DNA of 64,000 bases from Candidatus Limnocylindria bacterium. Its GTDB lineage: Bacteria > Chloroflexota > Limnocylindria > QHBO01. The notes below the pieces were generated by a model, which saw only the letters and a program-made list of their open reading frames with translations, had not been told where the DNA came from and ran no database searches. Of this stretch, positions 9,591 through 19,448 are shown piece after piece. Position numbers and translations under genes: made by a program. Numbering within the stretch: the first letter of the stretch is position 1; each line of letters starts with the position of its first letter. The DNA lies in contig JBBSCG010000003.1 in NCBI GenBank assembly GCA_038250515.1, positions 23,675-87,674 on the forward strand. The letters run 5' to 3'.

Positions 9591-10917
9591 CCGCCTGGAC
9601 CAGGCCGAGTGCGCCGCGGCCCACCATGTTGAAGGCGTGCGTCACCATCGGGTAGAGGCCGTCCTCCGCTGTGGTGAACTCGACGATCCCGCCCTGGGCC
9701 GGGGAGAGGTCGACCGCCTGCGAGCCCCAGTTGCCGTCGTTGCCGCGCTTGAGGTGGATGCCCTCCTTGATCACGTCGTCGAAGATCGTGCCGACAATAT
9801 GGAAGGAGCTGTCCACGTCCGGACCGGCGTCCAGCACGAAGACGCGCACCCGCGCACCGGTCGCGACCTTGATCGGGTTGTCCTTGTACTGGTTGGCGAT
9901 GCCGTTGAAGACCACGAAGTCTGGAGCCGGAGCGGCGGCGGAGGCCTTCTCGAGGCTGGCCGGCTGGCCCTGCGGGCCGAGATACCACTCGCTCTGCACG
10001 ATGGCATACTCGGCGTCAACCTTGGGCAGGCCGGCTGTTGGCTCGACGATGATCATGCCGTACATGCCGTTGGCGATGTGCTGCAGGGTCGGGTTGGTGC
10101 CACAGTGGTACATCCACACGCCTGCGTGCTCGGCGGTGAACTCGTAGAGCTTCTCCTCGCCGGGAGCGATATCGGTCATCTCGTCGTTCCAGGCAACCAT
10201 GCTGGCATGGAAGTCAATCGAGTGCGTCATCTGGCTTGTCGCCGGATTCTTGAGATGGATGCGCACCGTGTCTCCGACCTTGACGCGCAGCACCGGACCG
10301 GGGACGCTCCCGTTGAAGGTCCACACCTTCTGCACGTAGCCATCGGCGACGGTCATCAGCTTCTCCTCGGCGACGAGGTCGATGTCATGCACCTTGCCGG
10401 GCAGGGCCTTCGGCGCGGTGGCGTCGCGCGGCTCGTACTTCGGCGCCTTCGGGTCCTTCGCGACGTCCAGCGTCGGTGCCGACCCACCATGGTCCCCGGT
10501 GCCCGCGGCTGGAGAGGCGGCAGTACCCGCGGCGGCTGCGCCGGCGACCGTGATCGTGCTCTTCATGCCTGCGGCGGCGTGACCCGGAACGGAGCAGATG
10601 AAGCCGATCCCGGCTGCCGGCACGTCGACTTCCACGGTCACGGTCTTGCCCGGCGCGGCGACCCCGGATGCTCCATCAGCGAAGGTGATGTCGTGCGGCA
10701 TCTTGCCGTCGTTGGTGAACTTCACCGTGTAGCGCCCGGCCTCTGGCACCTCGACCATCGTCGGCTGGAACGCCAGGTCAATGGCGTGAACTTCCACGAC
10801 GCCCAGCGATGCGGCCGGCGCTTCGGCACGAGTCGGCTGATCCGACACCTGTGCGTAGATCAAGGTCAGCAACGACATGCTGACGAATGCGGCGATGAAG
10901 ATGATTGCCCTGGTCAT
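9568..10917 (-). CDS. nirK: Copper-containing nitrite reductase (NirK) with N-terminal cupredoxin-domain fusion and signal anchor
   Basis: Motifs HSIDFHA, HCGTNPTLQHIANGMYGMIIVEP (type 1 Cu Cys/His/Met) and an N-terminal plastocyanin-like block (PHDITFADG ... CSVPGHAAAGM). Start refined to the ATG for MTRAIIFIAAF (TM/signal). Confidence 0.85.
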   Translation of the reverse strand: MTRAIIFIAAFVSMSLLTLIYAQVSDQPTRAEAPAASLGVVEVHAIDLAFQPTMVEVPEAGRYTVKFTNDGKMPHDITFADGASGVAAPGKTVTVEVDVPAAGIGFICSVPGHAAAGMKSTITVAGAAAAGTAASPAAGTGDHGGSAPTLDVAKDPKAPKYEPRDATAPKALPGKVHDIDLVAEEKLMTVADGYVQKVWTFNGSVPGPVLRVKVGDTVRIHLKNPATSQMTHSIDFHASMVAWNDEMTDIAPGEEKLYEFTAEHAGVWMYHCGTNPTLQHIANGMYGMIIVEPTAGLPKVDAEYAIVQSEWYLGPQGQPASLEKASAAAPAPDFVVFNGIANQYKDNPIKVATGARVRVFVLDAGPDVDSSFHIVGTIFDDVIKEGIHLKRGNDGNWGSQAVDLSPAQGGIVEFTTAEDGLYPMVTHAFNMVGRGALGLVQAGDGDPLN

Positions 10918-11032
10918 CGGTTCCCTACTGGCTTGCGAGCCATACGTGGCAGTCCCTTTTTCGACATTTCCATTTGGCCAGAACGATACAGGGTTGCGGA
11001 TGTGCCATTCGGCCCCCGCTCGCACGACCGAT

Positions 11033-11049
11033 GTCCCCTTGCGTGGGAC
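11033..11049. promoter_or_regulatory. Inverted repeat GTCCC-N7-GGGAC 20 nt upstream of the sensor kinase ATG; an AGTCCC half-site at 10951
   Basis: Seen directly. Half-sites resemble DevR/DosR-box halves (GGGAC/GTCCC). Confidence 0.35.
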
Positions 11050-11068
11050 GTGCAGGTAGGCTTGCTGC

Positions 11069-12571
11069 ATGCCTGAGCGCGTCGTTCTGCCCTTGTCGCT
11101 GCTGCTCGACGCCCTGGCGGCCTGGCAGCGCGGCCGGGGCGAGGCTCAACGCACACAGCTGACCGATGCGCTTGACGGCCTGGTGCGACCCCTCGGACTG
11201 CGCGGCGCCGCACTCAGCGTGGAGGCGGCACCTCTCGCCGGGGTTGACATCTCGTGCGGGACGCTGGCGGGCGAATCGGCGCGCGATGGGGTCGCGATCG
11301 GCGCAATCGAAACGGGGGTCAGCCTGGGCCACCTGCGCCTCGACCCGGCCGATGCCGACGGCGCACGGCTGGCGGCGCAGGCCATCGGTCTCGCGCTGGC
11401 GGGAGAGCATGGCAAGGCCCGAGCGGATCTGGCCGAGGCGAACCTGGCCGCCCTCGACATCGCCGTCCGTGGAGTGGCCGGCGTGCTCGCGCTCGACCGC
11501 GTGCTGCAGGAAATCGTCGATCGCGTCCGCGAGCTGGCCGGTGCCGAATACGCCGCGCTGGGCATCGTCGACGAGCAGGGCGTGATCGAGGAGTTCATCA
11601 CCAGCGGCATGAGCGCCAAGGTGCGAAAACGGATCGGCTCACTGCCGGTCGGCCGCGGACTGCTCGGACTGATCATCCGCGAGAACCGCGCGTTTCGGAT
11701 CCCGGACATCAACACGGATCCGCATCGCTATGGCTTTCCGCCCCAGCACCCGCCGATGCACTCGTTCCTCGGCGTGCCGATCACGGTCAAGGGCCGCTCC
11801 ATCGGCCGCCTGTACCTGACCAACAAGCGCGGAGCGCCGGAGTTCAGCGAGGACGACCAGCGGCTGGTCGAGCGCTTTGCGCTGCATGCCGGCATCGCCA
11901 TGGAGAACGCCCGGCTGCACGACAGGGTGCGACGGCTGGGCATCGTCAGCGAGCGGGAGCGCATCAGCCGCGATCTGCACGACTCGATCATCCAGCGCAT
12001 CTACGGCGTGACCCTTTCGCTCGAGGACGTCCCGGAGCTGGTCGACGAGGCGCCTGCCGAGGCGCGCGAACGGGTCGATCGCGCCATCGACGCACTGCAC
12101 GCCACGATCAATGAGATCCGCAGCTTCATCTTCGGGCTGCGGCCGGTCCTGCTCGAGGAGGGCGGGCTGCTCGTTGCGCTCGAGACGCTCGCCAACGAGG
12201 TGCGCCTGAACTCGACCGTCGAGATCGATGTGCACGGCACCGAACCCGAGCCGTTGCCGGTCGCGGTGAGCGCCGAGCTGCTCAGCATCGTGCGCGAGAC
12301 GCTGAGCAACGTCGCTCGCCACGCGGATGCGCACCACGCCAGCATCACAATCCGCCCGGACGCGGAAGCGCTCCACCTGGAGATTGCCGATGACGGCCGT
12401 GGCTTCGACCCCCACGCACCGCTGGTCGGCACGCACGACGGCCTGCGCAACGTCACCGATCGCACCGCGCGCCTGGGGGGGACGCTTCAGATCGAAAGCC
12501 GCGCGGGAGCCGGCACCCGTATCATCGTCGAGATCCCGCATGGCTCGGACCCAGGAGCGGATTCAGAATGA
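11069..12571 (+). CDS. GAF-domain sensor histidine kinase (NarL/DevS-type HisKA_3 + HATPase)
   Basis: GAF region followed by the RISRDLHDSIIQ H-box and an HATPase C-terminus (DDGRGFD, GLRN, GG). Confidence 0.85.
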   Translation: MPERVVLPLSLLLDALAAWQRGRGEAQRTQLTDALDGLVRPLGLRGAALSVEAAPLAGVDISCGTLAGESARDGVAIGAIETGVSLGHLRLDPADADGARLAAQAIGLALAGEHGKARADLAEANLAALDIAVRGVAGVLALDRVLQEIVDRVRELAGAEYAALGIVDEQGVIEEFITSGMSAKVRKRIGSLPVGRGLLGLIIRENRAFRIPDINTDPHRYGFPPQHPPMHSFLGVPITVKGRSIGRLYLTNKRGAPEFSEDDQRLVERFALHAGIAMENARLHDRVRRLGIVSERERISRDLHDSIIQRIYGVTLSLEDVPELVDEAPAEARERVDRAIDALHATINEIRSFIFGLRPVLLEEGGLLVALETLANEVRLNSTVEIDVHGTEPEPLPVAVSAELLSIVRETLSNVARHADAHHASITIRPDAEALHLEIADDGRGFDPHAPLVGTHDGLRNVTDRTARLGGTLQIESRAGAGTRIIVEIPHGSDPGADSE

Positions 12572-13242
12572 CGCAAGAGACGCCGGACGCGCACCATCCA
12601 CTGCGGCTGCTGGTGGTCGACGACCACGAGATCGTGCGCCAGGGCCTGGTCGCGCTCCTCGAGCGGCGCCCCGAGTTCAGCGTGGTGGCGCAGGCTGGCA
12701 CGGTGGCCGAGGCGATCGCCGCCGCGCGCCGGCACCAACCCGACCTGATCGTGATGGACGTGCGACTGCCCGACGGCTCCGGGATCGAAGCGTGCCGCGA
12801 GATCCGCGCCGAGATGCCGCAGACGCGGGTGCTGATGCTGACCAGCTACCCCGATGAGGAGGCGGTGCTGTCGGCGATCATCGCCGGGGCCAGCGGCTAT
12901 CTGCTGAAGCAGGTCCGTGGCCGTGACCTGGTCGCCGCGCTCGAGGCAGTCGGCGGTGGCGACTCACTTCTCGACCCGGCGGTCACCGAGAGGGTGCTCG
13001 AACGCGTTCGGCGCGCGGCGTCCGGCGACGACCACGACGAGCTTGCCGACCTTACCGCTCAGGAGCGCAAGATCCTGCTGCTGGTGGCGGAGGGCAAGAC
13101 CAACAAGGAGATCGCCGCCGAGGTGTTCCTCTCCGACAAGACGGTCAAGAACTACGTCAGCAGCATCCTGTCGAAGCTCGACCTCCAGCGACGCGCCCAG
13201 GCTGCAGCGTTCATGGCCAAGCACGGCCTCGATCGCAGCTAG
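12568..13242 (+). CDS. NarL/LuxR-family response regulator (DevR/DosR-like)
   Basis: Receiver domain (LLVVDDHEIVRQG ... DLIVMDVRLPDGSG) plus LuxR HTH (LTAQERKILLLVAEGKTNKEIA). ATGA overlap with the kinase gene. Confidence 0.9.
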   Translation: MTQETPDAHHPLRLLVVDDHEIVRQGLVALLERRPEFSVVAQAGTVAEAIAAARRHQPDLIVMDVRLPDGSGIEACREIRAEMPQTRVLMLTSYPDEEAVLSAIIAGASGYLLKQVRGRDLVAALEAVGGGDSLLDPAVTERVLERVRRAASGDDHDELADLTAQERKILLLVAEGKTNKEIAAEVFLSDKTVKNYVSSILSKLDLQRRAQAAAFMAKHGLDRS

Positions 13243-13766
13243 CGCTTCTCCTCTTCCAGGCAGCGAACGGCGTCGGCGAGCGCGCCAAGCAGCCACCGAG
13301 CGGTTGCACGCGCGGCGATCTGGAGCAGCACGTTGTCGGCGAACCGACCGACGAATCCGCCGGGCGGCGCGTACCAGCCTTCGAGCCGCAGCTCTCCGTC
13401 GGCGATGGCCAAGCGGCCCGAAAAGACCGGGAAGAGCGGCGCGAGCGTCGCGGCGCGCCAGCCGATCTCCATTTCGTAGCCGCCGCCGACCCTGCGGCCG
13501 GGACCAAGATCGACGAACGCCGCCTTCCGGAACATGCCGCCGGAACGATCGCCGATCTGCAGACCCAAGTCGGTCAGATGCCGCTCCATGCCGATCGGCG
13601 CGTCGGCCTCCTCGAGCGCTGGCCCGAGCCACCCCAGGTCGCGGTTGCCGAGCGCCAGGCGAAAGCGATCGGCCGAGAGGTCGACCTCCTGAACGACGAC
13701 GAGGTGGGACATGCCTGTCCTCGCCCGCTCGCTCCGGGATGCGTTGTGGATGGAATCGGCCTGCAT
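13239..13766 (-). CDS. Hypothetical protein
   Basis: 175 aa ORF convergent with the response regulator. Protein-like, no family recognised. Start uncertain; a likely ATG (MSHLVVVQ) is at about 13712. Confidence 0.45.
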   Translation of the reverse strand: MQADSIHNASRSERARTGMSHLVVVQEVDLSADRFRLALGNRDLGWLGPALEEADAPIGMERHLTDLGLQIGDRSGGMFRKAAFVDLGPGRRVGGGYEMEIGWRAATLAPLFPVFSGRLAIADGELRLEGWYAPPGGFVGRFADNVLLQIAARATARWLLGALADAVRCLEEEKR

Positions 13767-13897
13767 GCACCGAATGGTGACGGCGGCCAGAGGGCAGCAG
13801 CAGGGCCAGATGGCCTACCACGAGCGAGCCATGGTTCCCGTTGTTAGGCCCATTGCGACCATGTGCGCGGAGACCATGCCCGCGAGAATAGAAAGAA

Positions 13898-14131
13898 ATG
13901 AGAACAGGAGACGATCGAAACGCGGCCTTCTTCGGGATCGTGATGAATGCCAACTACCTGCTCGCCGGCACCGTCAGCAGCAATCCGATCCTGATCATCC
14001 TCGGCACGCTCGTCGTGCTTGCCTGGCGCAACGCCGGTTGGATCGGGCTCGACCGATGGCTTCTTCCGGCACTCGGCACTCCCTGGCAGCCCGGCGAGGT
14101 GTTCGACCGCTCGACCGATGCAACCTCATGA
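13898..14131 (+). CDS. Small predicted membrane protein
   Basis: Locally lower-GC stretch. Hydrophobic helix NPILIILGTLVVLAW. Weak. Confidence 0.3.
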   Translation: MRTGDDRNAAFFGIVMNANYLLAGTVSSNPILIILGTLVVLAWRNAGWIGLDRWLLPALGTPWQPGEVFDRSTDATS

Positions 14132-14142
14132 CGCAGGAGCCT

Positions 14143-14215
14143 GGACGCCTGCGGCAACGGCCATCGGGCCGATATCGCTGGCCCGATGGCTGATCGCCCC
14201 AAATGCTGCAGCGAA
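14143..14215. repeat. Intergenic repeat element (family A)
   Basis: See 16757..16845. About 35 nt upstream of the MFS start at 14251. Confidence 0.7.
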
Positions 14216-14250
14216 TAGGCCGAGTCCCCCTGAGCCGATAGACTCCCGCC

Positions 14251-15477
14251 GTGAAATCTCCACAGGGCTGGCGCTCGTTGCTCGTCGCCTACGGCATCAC
14301 CTCGACCATCGAGGCGCTGGGGGTCAGCCAGATCTTCGCCTTCCTGCCACTGCGGCTCGGTGAGGTCGGCCTTCCCCAGGCCGATATTCCCGCGTTCACG
14401 GGCATCTTCAGCTCTCTGATCTTCGTTTTCGGCATCCTGCTCGTGCCGTTCTGGGGCGTCTGGGCGGACAAGTACAGCCGCCGCGCGGTCATCGTGCGCA
14501 GCGCCGTCGTCGAGGCGGTCGTCTTCGTTGGGGTCGCGGCTGCCCAGGTGCCCTGGCAGCTCGCCGCCGTGCTGCTGCTCGTGGGCCTACAGCTGGGGAA
14601 TACGGGCGTGATGCTCGCCGCCCTGCGCGACGTGACGCCGCACCACCGGCTCGGGACAGCCACGGCCATCTTCGGGGCGATGGGGCCCATCGGTTTCGCG
14701 GTGGGACCGGTGATCGGCGGGGTCATGGTCGACGCATTGCATCTGCCGCTGACATCGGTCTTCTGGCTTTCAGCGGCGCTCTCGATGGCGATCGTGGGCG
14801 TCCTGCTGATCGGTACACGCGAGGTCCGGCCACAGGTGGTGCCGGTCGGACGAGTGACCGCCTTGGCGAAGCGCGCCCTGGTGGGCGTCCTGCGCGACGC
14901 CGCCATTCGCCGCCTCTTCATCGTCTTCGGCGTCTCGATGCTGGCCAACCAGATGTATCGACCCTTTCTCCCGCTGCTGGTCGCGGGAGTCCAGGGCAGC
15001 GGACCGGGCCTGGCCAGCGCCATCGGCCTGGTGACCGGGACCGCGGCGCTGGTCGGCGCGCTGGTGTCACCCATCTCGGGGCCGATCGGCGATCGAATCG
15101 GCTTCCGCCCGGTCCTCGCGGCGGCATTGATCGGCGGCGGCGTGGCGGTCGCGCTCATGCCGCTGGCGAGTGTCGTCCCGGTGCTCGCGCTATTCGCGGC
15201 GATCTACGCCGCGTTCCAGGCAGCGGTGCAGGCCATGATGTTCAGCCTGATCGCCACCGAGGCGGCACCCGAGGGTCGCTCGGCCACGCTCAACCTGGTG
15301 CTGCTGCCGCTCTACGTGGCCGGGATCATCGGTCCAAGCCTGGGCGCGATCATCGTTTCCACGACTGGCGTCGAAGGCGTCTTCCCGGCGGCCGGCTTCG
15401 TCTTCCTGCTCGGCGGGCTGGGGATCGCCGGCGTGCTCGGCCGTCTCCGTCGCGGCCCCACCGTCATTCTCGACTGA
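14251..15477 (+). CDS. MFS transporter
   Basis: 408 aa, 12 TM helices, MFS-like signature (PFWGVWADKYSRR). Confidence 0.85.
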   Translation: MKSPQGWRSLLVAYGITSTIEALGVSQIFAFLPLRLGEVGLPQADIPAFTGIFSSLIFVFGILLVPFWGVWADKYSRRAVIVRSAVVEAVVFVGVAAAQVPWQLAAVLLLVGLQLGNTGVMLAALRDVTPHHRLGTATAIFGAMGPIGFAVGPVIGGVMVDALHLPLTSVFWLSAALSMAIVGVLLIGTREVRPQVVPVGRVTALAKRALVGVLRDAAIRRLFIVFGVSMLANQMYRPFLPLLVAGVQGSGPGLASAIGLVTGTAALVGALVSPISGPIGDRIGFRPVLAAALIGGGVAVALMPLASVVPVLALFAAIYAAFQAAVQAMMFSLIATEAAPEGRSATLNLVLLPLYVAGIIGPSLGAIIVSTTGVEGVFPAAGFVFLLGGLGIAGVLGRLRRGPTVILD

Positions 15478-16645
15478 CGAGCGCCTCGTACAGAGCGACC
15501 GTCTGCTCAGCGATCGCGTCCCAGCCGAATTCTTCGACCGCCCGACGCCGGCCGGCCTTGCCCATGCGGGCGCGAAGCTCGGGCTGGGCCATGAGAGCGT
15601 TGATCGCATCGGCCAGGTCATGCTCGAACCGGTCTGTGTCAGGGGCGACCGGCACCAAGACGCCGGTCTCGCGGTCAGCCACCACCTCGGGAATACCGCC
15701 AACCGCGCTGGCGACCACCGCTGCCTGGCAGGCCATCGCCTCCAGGTTGATGATCCCGAACGGCTCATAGACCGATGGGCAGCAGAACAGCGCCGCATGA
15801 CTGTACAGCTGCCGCACCGCTTCGCGGCTGACCATCTCCGGAATCCAGACAACATTCGACCGATGCCGCCGCGCCTCGGCCACCCCGTCTTCCATCTCCC
15901 GCGCGATCTCCGGCGTGTCCGGCTGCCCGGCGCACAGCACCACGCCGATGCCCGGATCCAGGTGTTGGATGGCGCGCACCAGGTGCACGATCCCCTTCTG
16001 GCGAGTGATGCGACCGACGAACAGCACGTACGGCTGCGAGGGCTCGATGTTGTAGTGCTCGAGCGCGTCCCTCGTCGCCACGGGGTGATAGAACCCCGCG
16101 TCGATCCCGTTGTGAATGACGCTCACCTTTTCGGGCGCCACCTTGAACAGCCGCAGGATGTCGGCGCGCGTCTCGCTGCTGACCGCGATCACCGCGTCCG
16201 CCATCTCGAGCGCCGACCGCTCGATCCATGCCGAGACGTCGTAGCCGCCGCCCAGCTGCTCCCGCTTCCAGGGCCGCAGCGGCTCGAGCGAATGGACCGT
16301 TATGACCAACGGAATGCCGTACGCCAGCTTGGTCATGATGCCGGCGAAATGGGCGTACCAGGTGTGCGCGTGGACGACATCGGCCTCGACCGGCTGCGCC
16401 GCCATGCCGATGTCCCGGCTGAGCGCCGCGAACATCGGCTTCAATCGTTCATCGGTCGATGGCAGGTCGTGGGCGGCCGGAAAGCCGCGGATGCGCCAGC
16501 CGTCGGCCTGCTCGTCCTGCGCGCCGAACGTTCGCACCTCGACCTCGATCAGCCTGCGCAGTGCGCGCGTCAGCTCGCCGACGTGCACGCCGGCGCCGCC
16601 GTAGACGTTCGGCGGAAACTCGTTGGTCAGGATCAGCGCACGCAT
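15464..16645 (-). CDS. GT4 glycosyltransferase, GlgA/GlgM-like (glycogen or alpha-maltose-1-phosphate synthase family)
   Basis: N-terminus MRALILTNEFPPNVYGGAGVHV and a GT4 C-terminus EPFGIINLEAMA. Start refined to the ATG at complement 16643..16645. Confidence 0.8.
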   Translation of the reverse strand: MRALILTNEFPPNVYGGAGVHVGELTRALRRLIEVEVRTFGAQDEQADGWRIRGFPAAHDLPSTDERLKPMFAALSRDIGMAAQPVEADVVHAHTWYAHFAGIMTKLAYGIPLVITVHSLEPLRPWKREQLGGGYDVSAWIERSALEMADAVIAVSSETRADILRLFKVAPEKVSVIHNGIDAGFYHPVATRDALEHYNIEPSQPYVLFVGRITRQKGIVHLVRAIQHLDPGIGVVLCAGQPDTPEIAREMEDGVAEARRHRSNVVWIPEMVSREAVRQLYSHAALFCCPSVYEPFGIINLEAMACQAAVVASAVGGIPEVVADRETGVLVPVAPDTDRFEHDLADAINALMAQPELRARMGKAGRRRAVEEFGWDAIAEQTVALYEALVSRE

Positions 16646-16756
16646 GAGCACGTAGCCTACCGTCGGCGTCGGGCCGACTTGCAGCATTTGGTCGTAACGG
16701 CCAGCAGGGACGCAAATCGGCCCAATCGAGCCGGCTCGTTGGCCGACAGCAATCAG

Positions 16757-16845
16757 CCGGTGCAAAAACGGCCATCGGGGGCCGAATCTCGATGTCCCGG
16801 TGGCAGATACGGCCAAATGCTGCAAGGCCAACCATTTGGCCCGAC
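16757..16845. repeat. Intergenic repeat element (family A), contains GTCCCGGTGGCAGAT and CCAAATGCTGCA
   Basis: Related to 14143..14215 (AACGGCCATCGGG, GCCGA(T/A)ATC, CCAAATGCTGCAG blocks). About 20 nt upstream of the copA start. Confidence 0.7.
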
Positions 16846-16865
16846 GCGGTATACTCCCCGGTAGT

Positions 16866-19079
16866 ATGAGCACCACCAATCAGCCCGAGCTCAGCCTGCC
16901 GGTGACCGGCATGACCTGCGCGTCGTGCGTGAACCGGATCGAGCGCTTCCTGAACAAGGCCGATGGCGTGACGACCGCGACCGTCAACCTCGCCACCGAG
17001 CGCGCCACGGTGCAGTTCGATCCGACAAAGATCGATCGAACGGGCATCGTGCAGACCATCCAGGCGGCCGGCTACGACGTCCGGGCCGACGCCGGCACGA
17101 GCGAGGCCGCGACCGAGCACGACGATGAGCAGCGCAGCCTGTTGGTCCAGGCGCTGGCCGCGGCCGGCATCGGCCTGGCGATGATGGTCGTCATGCTCTG
17201 GCCGGGCGGCGTGCCGTGGTCGATGGAACGCGTCAACGTCTGGTTCCTCGTGCCGGCCACCATCGTCCAGTTCATCTTCGGTCGGCGGTTCCTGGTCGCG
17301 GCCGCGCGCGGCCTCCCCCATCTCGACCTCAACATGAACACGCTGGTCGCCATGGGCACGCTGGCGGCGTACGGCTACTCGCTGTTCGTGACGCTCTTTC
17401 CGGAGGCGGTCAGGTCTGCCGGGCTCGGCATGGAGACCTACTTCGACAGCGCTGCGCTCATCGTCGGCCTGATCCTCTTCGGCCGATGGCTCGAGGCACG
17501 CGCCAAGGGACAGGCCGCGGGCGCGGTCAAGGCACTGCTGGAGCTTCAACCGCGGACGGCTCGGATGATTCGCAACGGGGTCGAGATGGACCTCCCGGTC
17601 GACCAGGTGCGCGTCGACGACCTACTACGCGTGCGGCCGGGCGACAAGGTTCCGGTCGACGGCATCCTGACCGATGGCGCCTCCGCCCTCGACGAGTCGA
17701 TGCTCACCGGCGAATCACTCCCCGTCGAAAAGAGCATGGGCGATCGGGTCATCGGCGCGACGCTCAACACCAGCGGATCCTTCGTGATGCGTGCCGAGAA
17801 GGTCGGGGCGGAGACCGCGCTGTCGCAGATCGTCGCGATGGTCGAGCAGGCCCAGGGGTCGAAGGCGCCCATCCAGCGCGTCGCCGATCGGGTCACCGGC
17901 TGGTTCGTGCCCGCCGTCGTGGGAGTGGCGCTGCTCACCTTCGCGCTATGGATGCTGCTCGGGCCGGAGCCGCGCCTGCCGCTCGCCCTGTCGAGTGCGA
18001 TCACGGTGCTGATCATCGCCTGCCCGTGCGCGATGGGCCTCGCCACGCCGACGGCAATCATGGTCGGCACCGGCAAGGGCGCCGAGCACGGCATCCTGGT
18101 GCGCAACGGTGCCGCGCTCGAGCAGGCACAGCGCGTCACGACGGTCGTGCTCGACAAGACCGGCACGCTGACGCGCGGCGTGCTCAGTGTCATCAACGTC
18201 ATTCCAGAGAGTATCGACGAGCGGGAGCTGCTGAGCCTTGCGGCCGCCGCCGAGCGCGGCAGCGAGCATCCCATCGCCGAAGCCATCGTCCGACATGCCG
18301 AGGCGGCTGGCCTGGCACTGCCAGACGCATCGACCTTCGAGGCGATCGCCGGACGCGGCGTGCGCGCCACAGTCGACGGTCGGAAGGTCCTGATCGGAAC
18401 CGAGAAACTGCTCGACGAAAGCGGCGTCGACGTCGACGCACCGCCAACCGACCCTGCCCACTCTCCGATCTTCGTTGCGCTCGACGGCCGGCTGGCGGGC
18501 GTCATCACCGTGGCGGACACGATCCGTCCCGAGGCCGCCGAGGCGGTCCGCCGTCTCCGCGATCGCGGCCTCGATGTGTGGCTGATCAGCGGCGATCGCG
18601 CGGCAACGGCGCATGAGATCGGCGCCCGGGCCGGGATCGGAGCAGACAGAATTCTCGCCGAGGTGCTGCCCGGCCAGAAGTCGGCCAAGATCGCGGAGCT
18701 CCAGGCGAACGGCGCAGTGGTGGCCATGGTCGGTGACGGCATCAATGACGCGCCGGCGCTGGCGCAGGCCGATCTCGGCATCGCCATCGGAACGGGCGCC
18801 GACGTAGCGCTCGAGGCATCTGACATCACGATCCTGGGCGAAGACCTGCGCAGCGTGCCGAACAGCATCGGTCTATCGCGAGCCACCATGCGAACCATCC
18901 GCCAGAACCTGGGCTGGGCGTTCGGCTACAACGTGGTGCTGATCCCGGTGGCCGCGGGCGCGCTGTTCCCCATCTTCGCGCTGCTGCTGAATCCGGCGCT
19001 GGCGGCCGCTGCCATGGCGCTGTCGAGCGTCAGCGTGGTGAGCAATTCGCTGCGGTTGCGCGCCTTCAATCCCGCCTGA
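16866..19079 (+). CDS. copA: Copper-translocating P1B-type ATPase
   Basis: N-terminal HMA domain ([12 protein letters not shown]), CPC motif in TM6 ([12 protein letters not shown]), [17 protein letters not shown]. Start refined to the ATG for MSTTNQPEL. Confidence 0.9.
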   Translation: MSTTNQPELSLPVTGMTCASCVNRIERFLNKADGVTTATVNLATERATVQFDPTKIDRTGIVQTIQAAGYDVRADAGTSEAATEHDDEQRSLLVQALAAAGIGLAMMVVMLWPGGVPWSMERVNVWFLVPATIVQFIFGRRFLVAAARGLPHLDLNMNTLVAMGTLAAYGYSLFVTLFPEAVRSAGLGMETYFDSAALIVGLILFGRWLEARAKGQAAGAVKALLELQPRTARMIRNGVEMDLPVDQVRVDDLLRVRPGDKVPVDGILTDGASALDESMLTGESLPVEKSMGDRVIGATLNTSGSFVMRAEKVGAETALSQIVAMVEQAQGSKAPIQRVADRVTGWFVPAVVGVALLTFALWMLLGPEPRLPLALSSAITVLIIACPCAMGLATPTAIMVGTGKGAEHGILVRNGAALEQAQRVTTVVLDKTGTLTRGVLSVINVIPESIDERELLSLAAAAERGSEHPIAEAIVRHAEAAGLALPDASTFEAIAGRGVRATVDGRKVLIGTEKLLDESGVDVDAPPTDPAHSPIFVALDGRLAGVITVADTIRPEAAEAVRRLRDRGLDVWLISGDRAATAHEIGARAGIGADRILAEVLPGQKSAKIAELQANGAVVAMVGDGINDAPALAQADLGIAIGTGADVALEASDITILGEDLRSVPNSIGLSRATMRTIRQNLGWAFGYNVVLIPVAAGALFPIFALLLNPALAAAAMALSSVSVVSNSLRLRAFNPA

Positions 19080-19097
19080 CCAAGAGGTTTTCGACCG

Positions 19098-19298
19098 ATG
19101 ACCGATCTCGACCAGCTCATGGACCACGAGACCGATCCCGTGTGTGGCATGGCGATCAACCCCGACGCCGCCCGCGCTGAGGGGCTCACCGCGGAGTATC
19201 AGGGACGCAGCCACTTCTTCTGCGGTCGCGGATGCCTGCTCGAATTCGCCGATGACCCGGAGCGCGTCTTCAAGCCGGACCACGTCCCGCACATGTAG
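19098..19298 (+). CDS. YHS/TRASH-domain metal-binding protein
   Basis: 66 aa with DPVCGM ... FFCGRGC Cys motifs of the YHS domain. Immediately downstream of copA. Confidence 0.75.
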   Translation: MTDLDQLMDHETDPVCGMAINPDAARAEGLTAEYQGRSHFFCGRGCLLEFADDPERVFKPDHVPHM

Positions 19299-19448
19299 TC
19301 ATGTACCGTCGGGATGGCGAACCGCGACCACCCTCAGCTCATCGATTCCCACGAAGTCGCCCGGGTTGCAGGTGTAGAGCGGCAGCCCATTCGCAATGGC
19401 GGATGGGACGAGATCGGGGCGGCGGTCCGCTCGGCTACACTGCCCGCG

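Noticed and set aside
15620-16864. 414-aa ORF antisense to the GT4 glycosyltransferase
   Set aside because: No motifs. The opposite strand has a clear GlgA/GlgM-like protein.
17216-18616. 466-aa alternate-frame ORF inside copA
   Set aside because: Arg/Pro/Gly-rich artefact. copA motifs are intact in the other frame.
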